Under the pieces are notes generated by a model. It saw only the letters and a program-made list of their open reading frames with translations, searched no databases and was not told where the DNA came from. A stretch of 64,000 nt of DNA from IMG/VR virus record IMGVR_UViG_3300044620_000592, positions 32,001 through 96,000 of that record. One strand, written 5' to 3'. The translations under genes were made by a program, and so were the position numbers. The first letter of the stretch is position 1, and every line of letters begins with the position of its first letter. The DNA comes from a virus. Of this stretch, positions 1 through 10,900 are shown one piece after another.

Positions 1-3000
1 TATGCCATAAATGGCAAATCCAGAAACAATATTTGATCTAGGGTCTTCGCCTTGAAGATACACATGCGTATCATATGCAACATTTGCAGAAGCAGATACA
101 ATTACTCTTGCGGTATATGGGTTGCTTTCAAATTTTAGAATGTCAATAGTATTAGGCTCGTCATCAATTATTCCGGTTGCAATTGGGGATAAAACTGTAA
201 CAGCTGGCTTTTTATCATATGTAACTTCATAATATCTAGCCTCTCTAATCTTTGTATCAATGGGTACTTCGTTAAGAATAGGAGTTCCAAACTTACCTCT
301 TTCTACATCCAAAAAGAAGTTATCCGATTTTGAACCATATCTGACAATCTCAGTTTGATTACCCTTAGTAAAGGCAAGAAAACCAACATTAGCAAACACA
401 GGTTCGTTAGTTGTTGATACCCTAATACCCGCAGTATCAGTTAAAATTTCAGTCTGCAGTTTAACAACACCTAAAGAAACACCATCATCAACAGTCCACA
501 AAGTTTCTGGCTGATCTGAAAGCTTTGATACGCTCGATATTTTTACAACAACTTTATTAGTCTGTATTTGAACATCCAAACTTGAATCTATTATGTTTGT
601 AGTATCGCTAAAGTCATATTGCTTTATAGCATGCTGATTAATTGATGGTTCAAAAAAACGGTTGTAGTGTTCATATCGGCCATAACCCTCTTCATCAATA
701 TAGAATCTCCCAAGGTCTGCAAGAGTGATTTCATCAATAGCCCCTCTTAAGTGCTCTTGCTCAGAGTACAGGTATGGAAAGACTGCGACATACTCAACCT
801 GAGATGAGATGTACCTGTCCAAAATTTCTCCTGAGGTAAGGCATCTTTTATAAATAGCGTATTCGTCAATAATAAATTGCCTTGCAATGGCAGGGGCAAC
901 CTCTTGTGTTGAGAATCTTGCGCCCCTACCTCCGATTGTTGTATCAAAAATATTTGTAACAATCGTGCCATTAATAACATCTGTATCTTTTAATTCACCA
1001 TTAACATAATAAGATAATGTTTTTGTTGCAACTTTATAGGTTACAGCAATATGATAAAACTCGGATTGCAAAAGTTCTGTATTATCCGAAACAAATGATG
1101 TAGTTGTAGTAGGGCCAGTTGTTTTAATTTTAAATCCATGACTTGATACATTGTTATAATAAAACTCAAAGCCATTTGTCGGATTAGAGTTAGCCCAAGA
1201 TGATAAATACTCGCCATCTCCAATGTCAAAATGACCATCATTAAATTTTGCAAGAAGTTCTATCGTAAAATCTTCTTCTTTTATTGCAATAGATGTGTGT
1301 GTAGGTATTCTAATGTAGCCATCGTCAATAAGAAGAATTCCTTTATCAGAATTATCAGAATCTATTCTTTGAGAATAACTTAATTGTGCATTGCTATGAA
1401 TAAAACCATCATTTTGATTATGGACTTCTGAGATATCATAGAGAGAGTACGAGGTAGGGACAGTGCCTGTTAAGTTTCTTGAACCTAAACCATCTCTTGC
1501 GACAACGGATCTAACTTGACTTGCAGGGATAAGAGCCTTTGTTGCTCCAATGAGGGAATGAAGGCTCATTGAAAAATTAGCATTTCCAGAACCATGAAAA
1601 AATTCAATTCTTATGCGGTAAGGATTTCCAGCGATTAATGAAATAGGGTTTGAGGCAAGAGAGATAGATGTATTTTCTTCACTTGAGCTGGCTAACAAAA
1701 GGTCGTCAAGGTACAGACGACCTCCCCCATTTAAGATATCAACAATAAGGCTTTGAGACCCAGTTGTTGTAGGGAAATAGTATCCATCAATAACGCCATT
1801 AAAATATTTTGCATAGGTAGCAGAATTAATAATGCTTACAAAAGTATAATTAGTTAAATTCAAAGCATTAAGTGATGGTTCCCCTGTCTCACGGGGTAAT
1901 GAAATATCAGGAGAATTTACTGTAAGGTCTGGAGCTGCGTAAGCGTTGATGCCTTTAATTCTTTCTTCTACTGATAGATTCTTTTCTAAGGCATCGGCTT
2001 TAATGGTTTTATATGTTAATTCTTTTCCTTCTCTCATACCCCAAAAACGACATCTTAACCCCGGAGCAAGTGTTGTCAAATTCCCATTTTTATCAATTGA
2101 ATCTTCACTAAATGAATATCTTGCAACTCCTCCGAGTTGAGATATCCCTCTGCTATAAGGAAGAACTTGTTTAAAATCTCCCTTGGGGAAGTTTCTTCTT
2201 GAAAGAAGGTTGTTAACAGCCTCGCTTACAGTCTTTCCTTCCAGTAAGAATCCATTTGTAAGTTTTTTTTCGGTTAAATACTTTGACCAATCACTTGCAG
2301 AAACAGATACTGTCATGTCAGAACTAGATGATGACCATTCATCAACGTAAAATTCCCCCATGCTGACATACTCGTATGGGTCAAATGTAACAACTGAGCC
2401 AGCAATGTGAGTTTCTGCATCCGTTTGACCAACTCCTCTTTCAGATACACTAACTGTGTTTGTTGATGTAACGGCATTGCAAAGAATAACTTCTCTATTT
2501 TCTTTATTTGGATTAATTGTAACAATAAAATTATTATTAACCCCTCCTGCTGGGAATATGTCAGAATTGTCAACTGTGAAAGATGATGCTGAATTACTCA
2601 TATTAGATCTTAAAACGGTGTTAGAAATTACATCATTTGTTTTTTTAATTCGCCATCCAGTTGAAACATTTATTTTTAAATCTTTTTTCATGTATTTTCC
2701 ATACAACGAAGAGTTATTAAAGATATTCCAATCTTTTCCTGTGTTATCTAACTTCAAAGTAAGCTTAGGACTTGAAGAACCGCCGATTGGGAGGTTGCTT
2801 TCATGAATGTCTCTTGCTCTTGAGATGCTGTAGTCAATTACATGGTCTGTAATATCGACTTCATATATTGGGGAAATTTCATGAATTCTTGCATAGTCTA
2901 ATCCATTCTTCGTAGAGAGAATAGTTATTTCAATTCTCTTTGCTAAAAATGAAGATGCTATAGCGTTATTACTATTTAAATAAACTTCTTTATAATACTC

Positions 3001-3576
3001 ATCATCATTTAAGGTGAATGTCTTATCTAAGATGTCGACTAATGAAGAGTTCTTTACTTTAACTCTAAAACTTTTAACTTGTCCATAGTATTCAGATGTT
3101 GTAATTTTAATCTTATTAACTTTTCTTTCTTCAAAAGCAAAAGTAATAACTGGCGATGAGGCAAATACGCCATTAGCAGCGCTTCTTGTTTTAGACCACC
3201 ACCCAAACTCATAATCGCCATCAAGTTTGCTATCTGTATCAACACTTGTTGGCATACAATGCCAAGTACCATCAGCCGTAATAATCTTGCCATTTTTAGC
3301 AAGAGCATCTGTTACGGCCCATGTAAAAGATTCTCTTTCGTAGCCATTAATCATCTGCTCTTCTGTGCAGTAATAACCAATTGAGCCTTCTGATTTTACA
3401 ATGTGAGCATCGGTATTGGTAATATTCGCATTCCCCGTCAGGGCATTTTCCAAGGTGATATGTCTGCTATCCAACAAGTCAATTGTAATTTTTGGCTTAA
3501 CATTCTGAGCTGTTGCTTCAATAGCATTATTGAAATAATTTGATAAATTTGCTCCATATGTATTTTTTGTTAACAT
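1..3576 (-). CDS. Large tail hub/central fibre protein with PA14-like and LamG/ConA-like domains (3' end outside window; absent from ORF track)
   Basis: ATG at 3576 overlaps the upstream stop (TAATG); spot-checked segments read in one open frame toward the window edge: MLTKNTYGANLS..., PA14-like GYYFPTTTGSQSLIV..GGRLYLDD..LIAGNPYRIRIEFFH, LamG-like FTIELLAKF..FYHIAVTY..YYVNGEL; lies just after TMP/Dit. Confidence 0.75.
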   Translation of the reverse strand, partial: MLTKNTYGANLSNYFNNAIEATAQNVKPKITIDLLDSRHITLENALTGNANITNTDAHIVKSEGSIGYYCTEEQMINGYERESFTWAVTDALAKNGKIITADGTWHCMPTSVDTDSKLDGDYEFGWWSKTRSAANGVFASSPVITFAFEERKVNKIKITTSEYYGQVKSFRVKVKNSSLVDILDKTFTLNDDEYYKEVYLNSNNAIASSFLAKRIEITILSTKNGLDYARIHEISPIYEVDITDHVIDYSISRARDIHESNLPIGGSSSPKLTLKLDNTGKDWNIFNNSSLYGKYMKKDLKINVSTGWRIKKTNDVISNTVLRSNMSNSASSFTVDNSDIFPAGGVNNNFIVTINPNKENREVILCNAVTSTNTVSVSERGVGQTDAETHIAGSVVTFDPYEYVSMGEFYVDEWSSSSSDMTVSVSASDWSKYLTEKKLTNGFLLEGKTVSEAVNNLLSRRNFPKGDFKQVLPYSRGISQLGGVARYSFSEDSIDKNGNLTTLAPGLRCRFWGMREGKELTYKTIKADALEKNLSVEERIKGINAYAAPDLTVNSPDISLPRETGEPSLNALNLTNYTFVSIINSATYAKYFNGVIDGYYFPTTTGSQSLIVDILNGGGRLYLDDLLLASSSEENTSISLASNPISLIAGNPYRIRIEFFHGSGNANFSMSLHSLIGATKALIPASQVRSVVARDGLGSRNLTGTVPTSYSLYDISEVHNQNDGFIHSNAQLSYSQRIDSDNSDKGILLIDDGYIRIPTHTSIAIKEEDFTIELLAKFNDGHFDIGDGEYLSSWANSNPTNGFEFYYNNVSSHGFKIKTTGPTTTTSFVSDNTELLQSEFYHIAVTYKVATKTLSYYVNGELKDTDVINGTIVTNIFDTTIGGRGARFSTQEVAPAIARQFIIDEYAIYKRCLTSGEILDRYISSQVEYVAVFPYLYSEQEHLRGAIDEITLADLGRFYIDEEGYGRYEHYNRFFEPSINQHAIKQYDFSDTTNIIDSSLDVQIQTNKVVVKISSVSKLSDQPETLWTVDDGVSLGVVKLQTEILTDTAGIRVSTTNEPVFANVGFLAFTKGNQTEIVRYGSKSDNFFLDVERGKFGTPILNEVPIDTKIREARYYEVTYDKKPAVTVLSPIATGIIDDEPNTIDILKFESNPYTARVIVSASANVAYDTHVYLQGEDPRSNIVSGFAIYGI

Positions 3577-4568
3577 TACACCTCTTCCAAAGTTAAATTA
3601 CAGTCATACAAGTATACACCTTCATTAACATATCTTCTAACAAGTGTCTCTGAATACCCCCTGACAAAGACTGTATAAGAGGTCTCAGTATACGCTGTAA
3701 GGCCATTCTCGTCTTGATTAAGGACTTTTAAAACATGTGCATCTGGGTCTTCAGCTATTGAGTTTAGAAAATCCCTGCCGTGTCTGAGGTCAACTGTGTC
3801 CTCCATTGAGTTAGGAAGCATTGACCAAGAAAGATTAAATGTTCTTCTTCCAGAACTTGTAGCTCTTTTATAGTATCTATTACTTCTATTATCCCAATTT
3901 CTATTTTCAATAAATAATGGAGACAATGAAGAATCAAAAACTCTATTGTGATTAGTCAATGGCTTATTGTCTAAAGTGAATAATGTTCTTATTGACGTAT
4001 CATCAATATAAGATGGAGAGAGCCTAATAGGGGGTTTTACAATTGACTTAACTATTATTGGCAACTGCGCTTCTAGAGTTGAAATTGTTTTAGTTCTAAA
4101 GTCTGCAGAAGCAGAAATTGAAGCAACTGATTTTAATAAGGTGAGTTTTATAGCACTTGTTGTCGAAGTAGAGACAATATGAGCATCTGATACGAATCTA
4201 GTCACCTTTTGGCATGAGGCCGATGCCGATGTTTCTATATTAACCGTAGAAGATGCTGTTGCTATTTTCTGAGTTGTCCCAGTAAGTTCAGATTGGATAT
4301 GAACAATTGATAAAACATTTAAAATCTCTAATAAGATTGTATCTTTTACTCCCTCAATTTCAATTGAGGATTGAATTTCAACAATCTTTCTTAGGAAGGG
4401 CGTATCAAAAGATGACTCTATTGCAATTGATGAAGATACACATGCAACACGGACAGCAGATGATTCAACTTGAGAATTTACTTGAATGAATGTTTCGACC
4501 TTGACTCCGCCAATATAGAAGTCAATATCATTAACTTTGGGGCTTATCTCGTAATATTCATCAGCCAT
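3576..4568 (-). CDS. Minor tail protein; C-terminal domain paralogous to adjacent Dit-like protein
   Basis: 330 aa; C-terminal LTNHNRVF..RRTFNLSWSMLPN..TVDLRHGRDFL matches the neighbour; position. Confidence 0.6.
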   Translation of the reverse strand: MADEYYEISPKVNDIDFYIGGVKVETFIQVNSQVESSAVRVACVSSSIAIESSFDTPFLRKIVEIQSSIEIEGVKDTILLEILNVLSIVHIQSELTGTTQKIATASSTVNIETSASASCQKVTRFVSDAHIVSTSTTSAIKLTLLKSVASISASADFRTKTISTLEAQLPIIVKSIVKPPIRLSPSYIDDTSIRTLFTLDNKPLTNHNRVFDSSLSPLFIENRNWDNRSNRYYKRATSSGRRTFNLSWSMLPNSMEDTVDLRHGRDFLNSIAEDPDAHVLKVLNQDENGLTAYTETSYTVFVRGYSETLVRRYVNEGVYLYDCNLTLEEV

Positions 4569-4987
4569 TATTGTTCACCCAATTCAACAGATACATCGTA
4601 ATAAGAGCATGCAGATTTTATATCTCTTCTTACTAACTTTTCAGTATAAGAATTAACAAAGCAAGTGTATGTCTTGAAGTCGTCTGCGGGAGAGAGCTTT
4701 ATTGAAACCGTTACTGTTCCTCTTGTATTTGCGAGGGCTGACAGATAGTCTCGACCTCTTCTCCCATCAACCGTGTGGTCAGTATTATTTGGAAGATATG
4801 TAAAATCTAAACTAAATGTTCTTTTATTCTTTCTAATGTATCTTCTAATTTTTCCTCTTGAAAGTTCAACATCAGATCCGGCCTGCTCAACGGATGAGTT
4901 AAACTTGCGATTATGTTCTGTAATCTCTTGTCCATTAATTGACAATAGATGGATTAGACCTGTCTGCTGGTTTGGAATTGGTGCCAT
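4568..4987 (-). CDS. Distal tail (Dit)-like protein
   Basis: 139 aa immediately after TMP; KRTFSLDFTYLP..TVDGRRG motif. Confidence 0.6.
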   Translation of the reverse strand: MAPIPNQQTGLIHLLSINGQEITEHNRKFNSSVEQAGSDVELSRGKIRRYIRKNKRTFSLDFTYLPNNTDHTVDGRRGRDYLSALANTRGTVTVSIKLSPADDFKTYTCFVNSYTEKLVRRDIKSACSYYDVSVELGEQ

Positions 4988-7900
4988 TATAGACCTCGAT
5001 TAATTCCGCTATAGGTTGAGATTGTTGTATTATTCAACCCCGCTGCTTTTTGATTTTGCGGAGCAATAGTAACATTATAGTCTTTCATCATTGACTCAAA
5101 CCACTGCTTTTCGCCAATAAAGTTCTCAACATAGATATGGGTTGTTGATGTGGAAGTAGATTGACCATTTACTGGACCAGAGTAAGATGGGGCTTTAGGA
5201 GTATTGAATCTCATGTTGTTCATTGCTTGCAAAGCAGCAATGCCAATGTTCTTAACTGCTGATGCATTGACTACATATTCACCGCCATGAAGAAGAGCAG
5301 GAACACCTTGCGAGCCAAATCCTGGAATTATTCCTCCATTAGCTCTGCTGATCAATCCGCCATTAAAATTACCAATTCCAAAATCATCTTCTTTATTTTT
5401 CATAGCCTTACGAAGAGCAATTCTGGCTAATGCAATCCTTTTCGTAGCAGCAGTAATTCTAGCTTCAATTTCAGGTGTTGAAATACCACCTCTTCCAACA
5501 GAAAATCCAAGTAAATTATTCCTTAATTCATTGGCACTTGTAGTGAAAGGTCTAGAGAACCCAGTAAAGCCTATTCCATTAAATGAATCACCACGCTCCA
5601 ACCTTTGAACAGCATCTGAGTAATCACCAATAATTTCAATACTTGGGTCTATTGATTTCATTGTTTCTGAAAGTTCAGATGCAACCTTAAAAGAATATTT
5701 GCTCATACTTCCAGGATAAATAACCTTTGCACCTAATGGCTTCATTACCATTTCATATATTGCACCAAGAATTCTATTAGAAGCAATTGATGCTAAAGTC
5801 GTTTGTTTTCCACTCGTATCGGCATAAGAATTCCACATTCCAACCTTAAAACCTGTAACGGGATAATGATTTTTATCATACATTTGACCGATTTCAAACG
5901 ACATTGAACTTAATTGTGAAATACCATCATCTAGAATTTGACCAACAGTAATTCTTCCAGAAGTAGCAGTATCCATTACTAGTGATGTTCTCATTTTGCC
6001 TAATAACTCTGGATCAACTACACCAGCTTTCATTAATGATTCAAATGAATCCATATTATTAAAAATAGGAGATTTTGTAAAAAACTTTTTATTAGAATAA
6101 ATTATTGCAGATCTTTGATAATGGTCCGTAAGCGAATTGGTTCTTTGTACAATTTGATTTACTATATTACTTGCATAATTAGGATCAACAATATGCTCTT
6201 GACTTCTTACTGCTTCAAAGAAATTAGACATAGTAAAATCGTTTTCTCTGAAGTCTTTCATCATTAGATCAATATGAGTTTTTCTTTTTGGCATATTTGC
6301 TGGCATATTAAATCCCATGCCTGACATATAATCATAGTGTTGTTCAATATATTTTCTTACAAATTGATTAGGGTTTTTACTATTTAAAAATAAATTTATT
6401 AAATCATCAAACTGCATAGGTCTAACTTGGTTCAAGTTGTCAATAGTTATTGCTGGGTAACTAAAAGCATTTCTATCACCCATAATTTGATCAATTAAAG
6501 TTTTAATTCCAACTTTTGTGCCAGGTTTTATAGCCCTTTTACCATTTGAAAGTATCCTTCCAGAATAGTCTTCAAAATCAATCATTGCTCTTGTAAAACT
6601 TCCAGTACGACCTTTTTTACTTTCTAAAATATTTGAAAGAACATTTTCTTTTATTAATCTATTTTGTTCAACTCTTAAGAAAGATGGGCTTACTAGATAG
6701 TCATTATACATAGAGAGCCAATCTTCACTAGTATTTCCAAAATTAGAGAAAGTTTTTGAAGGGATTAAATAGTCAGATATTTTAGAAATAATCTTTTTCT
6801 GTGGTTTTGGTGTTTTTGGTAGCCCTAATTTATTTCCATACCTTGTACCAAAAATTTTTGAAACTAAGTTTGGATAACTTCTAGTAGTTTGAGCTGGATT
6901 AAACTCCTTTATTGATTTAACCATTGGAGATCTTTCATCAAAATAGTGGAACCATGCTTCGGGACCAACTTTTATAGGCCTGCCAGCAATGTCGACAGTA
7001 GGAGTTGGCGGTTTAATAACCTCTTTTAAATGCCTTGCTTCAGAATAAATTCTGTTCAAAGGTTTGTTATTGTTAATAAATGTCCAATAACTATTTGATA
7101 AAGAATCTTGGACTCTTGGCAAGAAGGTGCTTGGGTTTCTTGGAGCGTTAAGCCCAAAGACAGTATCAGGTCCAATCAATGAAACAGCAGATTGAAGACC
7201 GGCTAAGGTTCTATCCTTACCACTAAGACCTTCATTATGAATATCAAATGTTCTTTCTAGAGGGAAATAAGCGCCAGTGATTGGGTTAAATTCAGTTAGG
7301 GTTTTTGCCAATCCAGCGCCTGCTCTTACCGATGGCAAATCCAACATGGTTGGTTTTCCACTTGGATGAACATGTTCATATTTTGGATTAGTAGCTCTAT
7401 TAAGCATAACTGCAGAACCTGTAAAGCCGGAACCAGTTTGTGAACCATATATCTCAGCCATCAATCGATTACTAGCCCAGTTTTTAGCAGCAACAAAAGG
7501 CTTCTTAACAGCCGACTTTATCTTTCCCCAGATACTCTTTTTCTGCTCTTGCGCTTGTTCTTTTGCCATTTCACCAATGCGTTGCATCTCAAAAGCGGAT
7601 AAAAAATCAGCCTTTCTAAAGTCAGCAGCAGATGCAGGTTTCTTTTCATCAGGCTTCTTGCCCTTTACAAGACCACCCTTGTAGTAGCCAAAAGCGCCTA
7701 CAGCGTCAGCATCAGGAGAATAGGCACCAAAGCTATCAAAATTTCTTGCATTTTTTGGCCCTTTTACTATTTTTTTAAAACTATCAATCCAAATAGGCTT
7801 ACTAAAAGGCATTGTAATCTTGTCGAATCCTTTAGGTTTGTTTCTAAAATAATTAACATAAGCATCTTTAGATGCTTTAGTATTAAATGCCCCCTTGTCG

Positions 7901-10900
7901 GAGCCAAAATTTTTAAATGGATCATATCCAAGTTGACTTATATAACTCATATTTGGGTTAAAGTTTTCTGGGAGAGGGAATTCCTGCTCAGGAGAACGGT
8001 ATTTCTTTAATTTTTCAGGTTTGCCTTTGAAAAGCCCTCTTTCAAGACTTAATAAATGACTTCTATCAAAACCGTGCTTACCTGTACCAAGTGGAGGATT
8101 TAGAAGCGTGGCCCCAGCAGGAAAACCAGGGGAATTTACTGGAACATTTCTTATCCAGCCAAATATTGCAATTCTATTTTTAACAACCATTTGTTGAAGT
8201 TTTGTTGCTAAGTCTGCTGTTTTTCCAAATTCAAGACCTCCATATGCAACCCATGTATCGTCAGCAGTACGCAAACCACCGCCCATCCATCCATCGCTTG
8301 TTTTTGCGCGACCAAACCAATCTGGTTTCTTACCCCAATTTTTTCCTCGGCTAGATTCGCCTTTGCCAATCGTATCCATATAGGCTTCAGTAAAACCACC
8401 ATTGTTTTGTTGCCAATTCCACTCTGCTTGTGCTGGATCTTCTTTTATCTTTTTATCGGGTGCTCTCTCAGGTGCTTTAGATTTACCACCCGTGACCATC
8501 TTCTTCGGTTTCTTAATAGCACCACCCTTTGCAAAAGAATCAATCATTCCACCATTTGCAAAAGGCTTTGGCTTATATGTTCCTTGGTTGATTTGTTGCA
8601 TCATTCCCCAGCCGTACTTGTTAACGGCTGAGTTTCTTACAACAAATTCACCACCATGAAGAATTGCTGGTATACCTTGCTGTACTGGGCCTTCTGTTGG
8701 GCCGCCCTTTGAGTATGGCAACATACCGCCCATTTCATAAAGTTTATATCCGTCATACCCTTCACTTCTGGAACCGGTGTTATAAGCATTCCTAACCATC
8801 GTAAGAATTCTTGAATTCTTCGTTTGCTTTATTGCAGGGTTTTCTGTAAGGAATTTTTTAAACTTATTAGCGGATGAATCGACTGGGGGTTTTGTGAAAA
8901 TTGTAAATGCGTCTGTAAGATAATCAACTAATAGATTTCTATCAGCATTGCGATAATTAGCAAACATAACGCGAGCCAGTTGATTTGGAGTAACTTTACC
9001 TTTTTTAAGATTATTAAGACCTGTTTCATTACCGGTTCCTCCCCCAGTGCCAGTTCCACCAGCGCCAGCTCCAGATCCACCAGCGCCAGTTCCACCACCA
9101 CCGCTACCACCGCTACTGCTAGACCCACCCGCACCAGCAGGGTTTACAATGTCTTGATAGGCTGTATATGTCGTTAGAAGTTTGGAGAAAGCTTCACTAT
9201 TTGTATCAATAACTGTTGTTAAAGTTTGTGAAAGGCCTGTGTACTTTCTTGTTAAGGCATCAATACTTGCGTCAATTGTCTTGCTCCAAATCCCAGTAGG
9301 ACCAAAAGGATTATTTTCAGTAAGTGTTTTGCCAATTGCTGCAAGAGAAGATGTCAAAGGACCAGAAGCATTAACTCCAAGTTGACCTAATGCGCCACCA
9401 AAGGATTCTGAAAAAACTGTTCCCATACTGTTAGCAATAGATTTTGCTCCAACAAAACCATTACCACCATCAATTAACTGATTGAGCATTGTGTTGAATT
9501 CTTCAGCAGTGGTTGGAGGGAATTGTGTAATCTTCTTTGCAGCCTCTGTAAAGGACTTAATCATTTCATCAAAGTACTTGGAAGCATTTTCTTTTGCTTC
9601 CTTGATTGAATCAATCATCACCTTACGGTTTTCTTCAGCAAGCTCCTTTACGCGCTCATCTCTAATTACACCAATACTCTTAGTATCTTCTGTGTCTTGC
9701 CTTGCCCCCGCATCGGCAATTGCTCTTGCTTCATCAATTTGCCCAGCATAAACTGCCATCGCATAATTACGTCTAGTATTAAGACGGTTAAGGGCTCTTT
9801 GCTCTTCGGCTTCTCTAAGTTTGTTTTGGTATTCTTGCTCTTTTGTAAGTTTTTCTTCAGCTTTTGCAACATCCTCAATTTTTTTAATTTGAGCATCATA
9901 AATTAAAAGAGATGCTTCTTTTTGATCTTTCAACGAGTTTGTTATAGATTCAACAACAGCAGTCATTGCATCCTTAATACGGCTTGCAATTTCTTCTTGG
10001 ACTTCTTTCTTGATGTCTTTTAGCGCTTGAGCTGCTCTCTTTGCTAATTCCTTAGCGCCTTCATCAGCGCCTTCAGATAAACCTTCACCAGTTGCATTGG
10101 CAATTTGCTCTTGCATTGGGTCTGTATCAACCTCAACATTATCGTCTTTCTTGCCCTTGCCGCCTAGTGTGACTTTTCCTTTTGAAGCATCAATACCGCC
10201 CTTCTTTAAACCACCAAGTTTGTTTTTGATACCCTTAGCAGATTTATCAATAAGGCCATTAACAGCACCTGTTGCTTTATCAACTGTGCTATTGACAACG
10301 CTAGTTGCTGAATCGACCATTCCTTTTGCGCCATTTACTACGCTTCTAAATTTATTATTAATACCTTTAAATTTGTCACCAATTCCAAAAGGTAGCATTG
10401 ATGCGAGTTTTAATACTCCAGTTATTGGCCAAACTAGATATTCAATCATCCCTTTAGCAAGAAGGCCAATAAGGCTAACAACTCCCTTTACAAGACCACC
10501 AGCAAGGCTGACTATAACTTTAAATCCAATTGCAAAAGCATTAACAAAAAATTCAGCAGCAAAAGCTACAGCAGCCATTAAGAAAGAGAATGCTTTCTTC
10601 CAATTACCTTGGAATAGCGATACAACTGCTCCAACAATGTTTATAATCATATAAAGGTATGGCTTAATGAACTTCTCAACAATCATTTTGAAAACATTAG
10701 CTACAAACTTAAAGACTACTGCAATACCAGAGAATGCTTTACCAAGACCTTGGACAGCACCTTCTGAGCCTTTTGCTCCGTTTCCAAAATGAGCAAACAA
10801 GTCAATAATAGGGCGGACAAGTTCAAGAACTGCATCTTTAACAGTAGTAAATGCCTCTTTAACAGTTTTAATTCCAGAAGATCCCGCTTTCTTAAAACTG

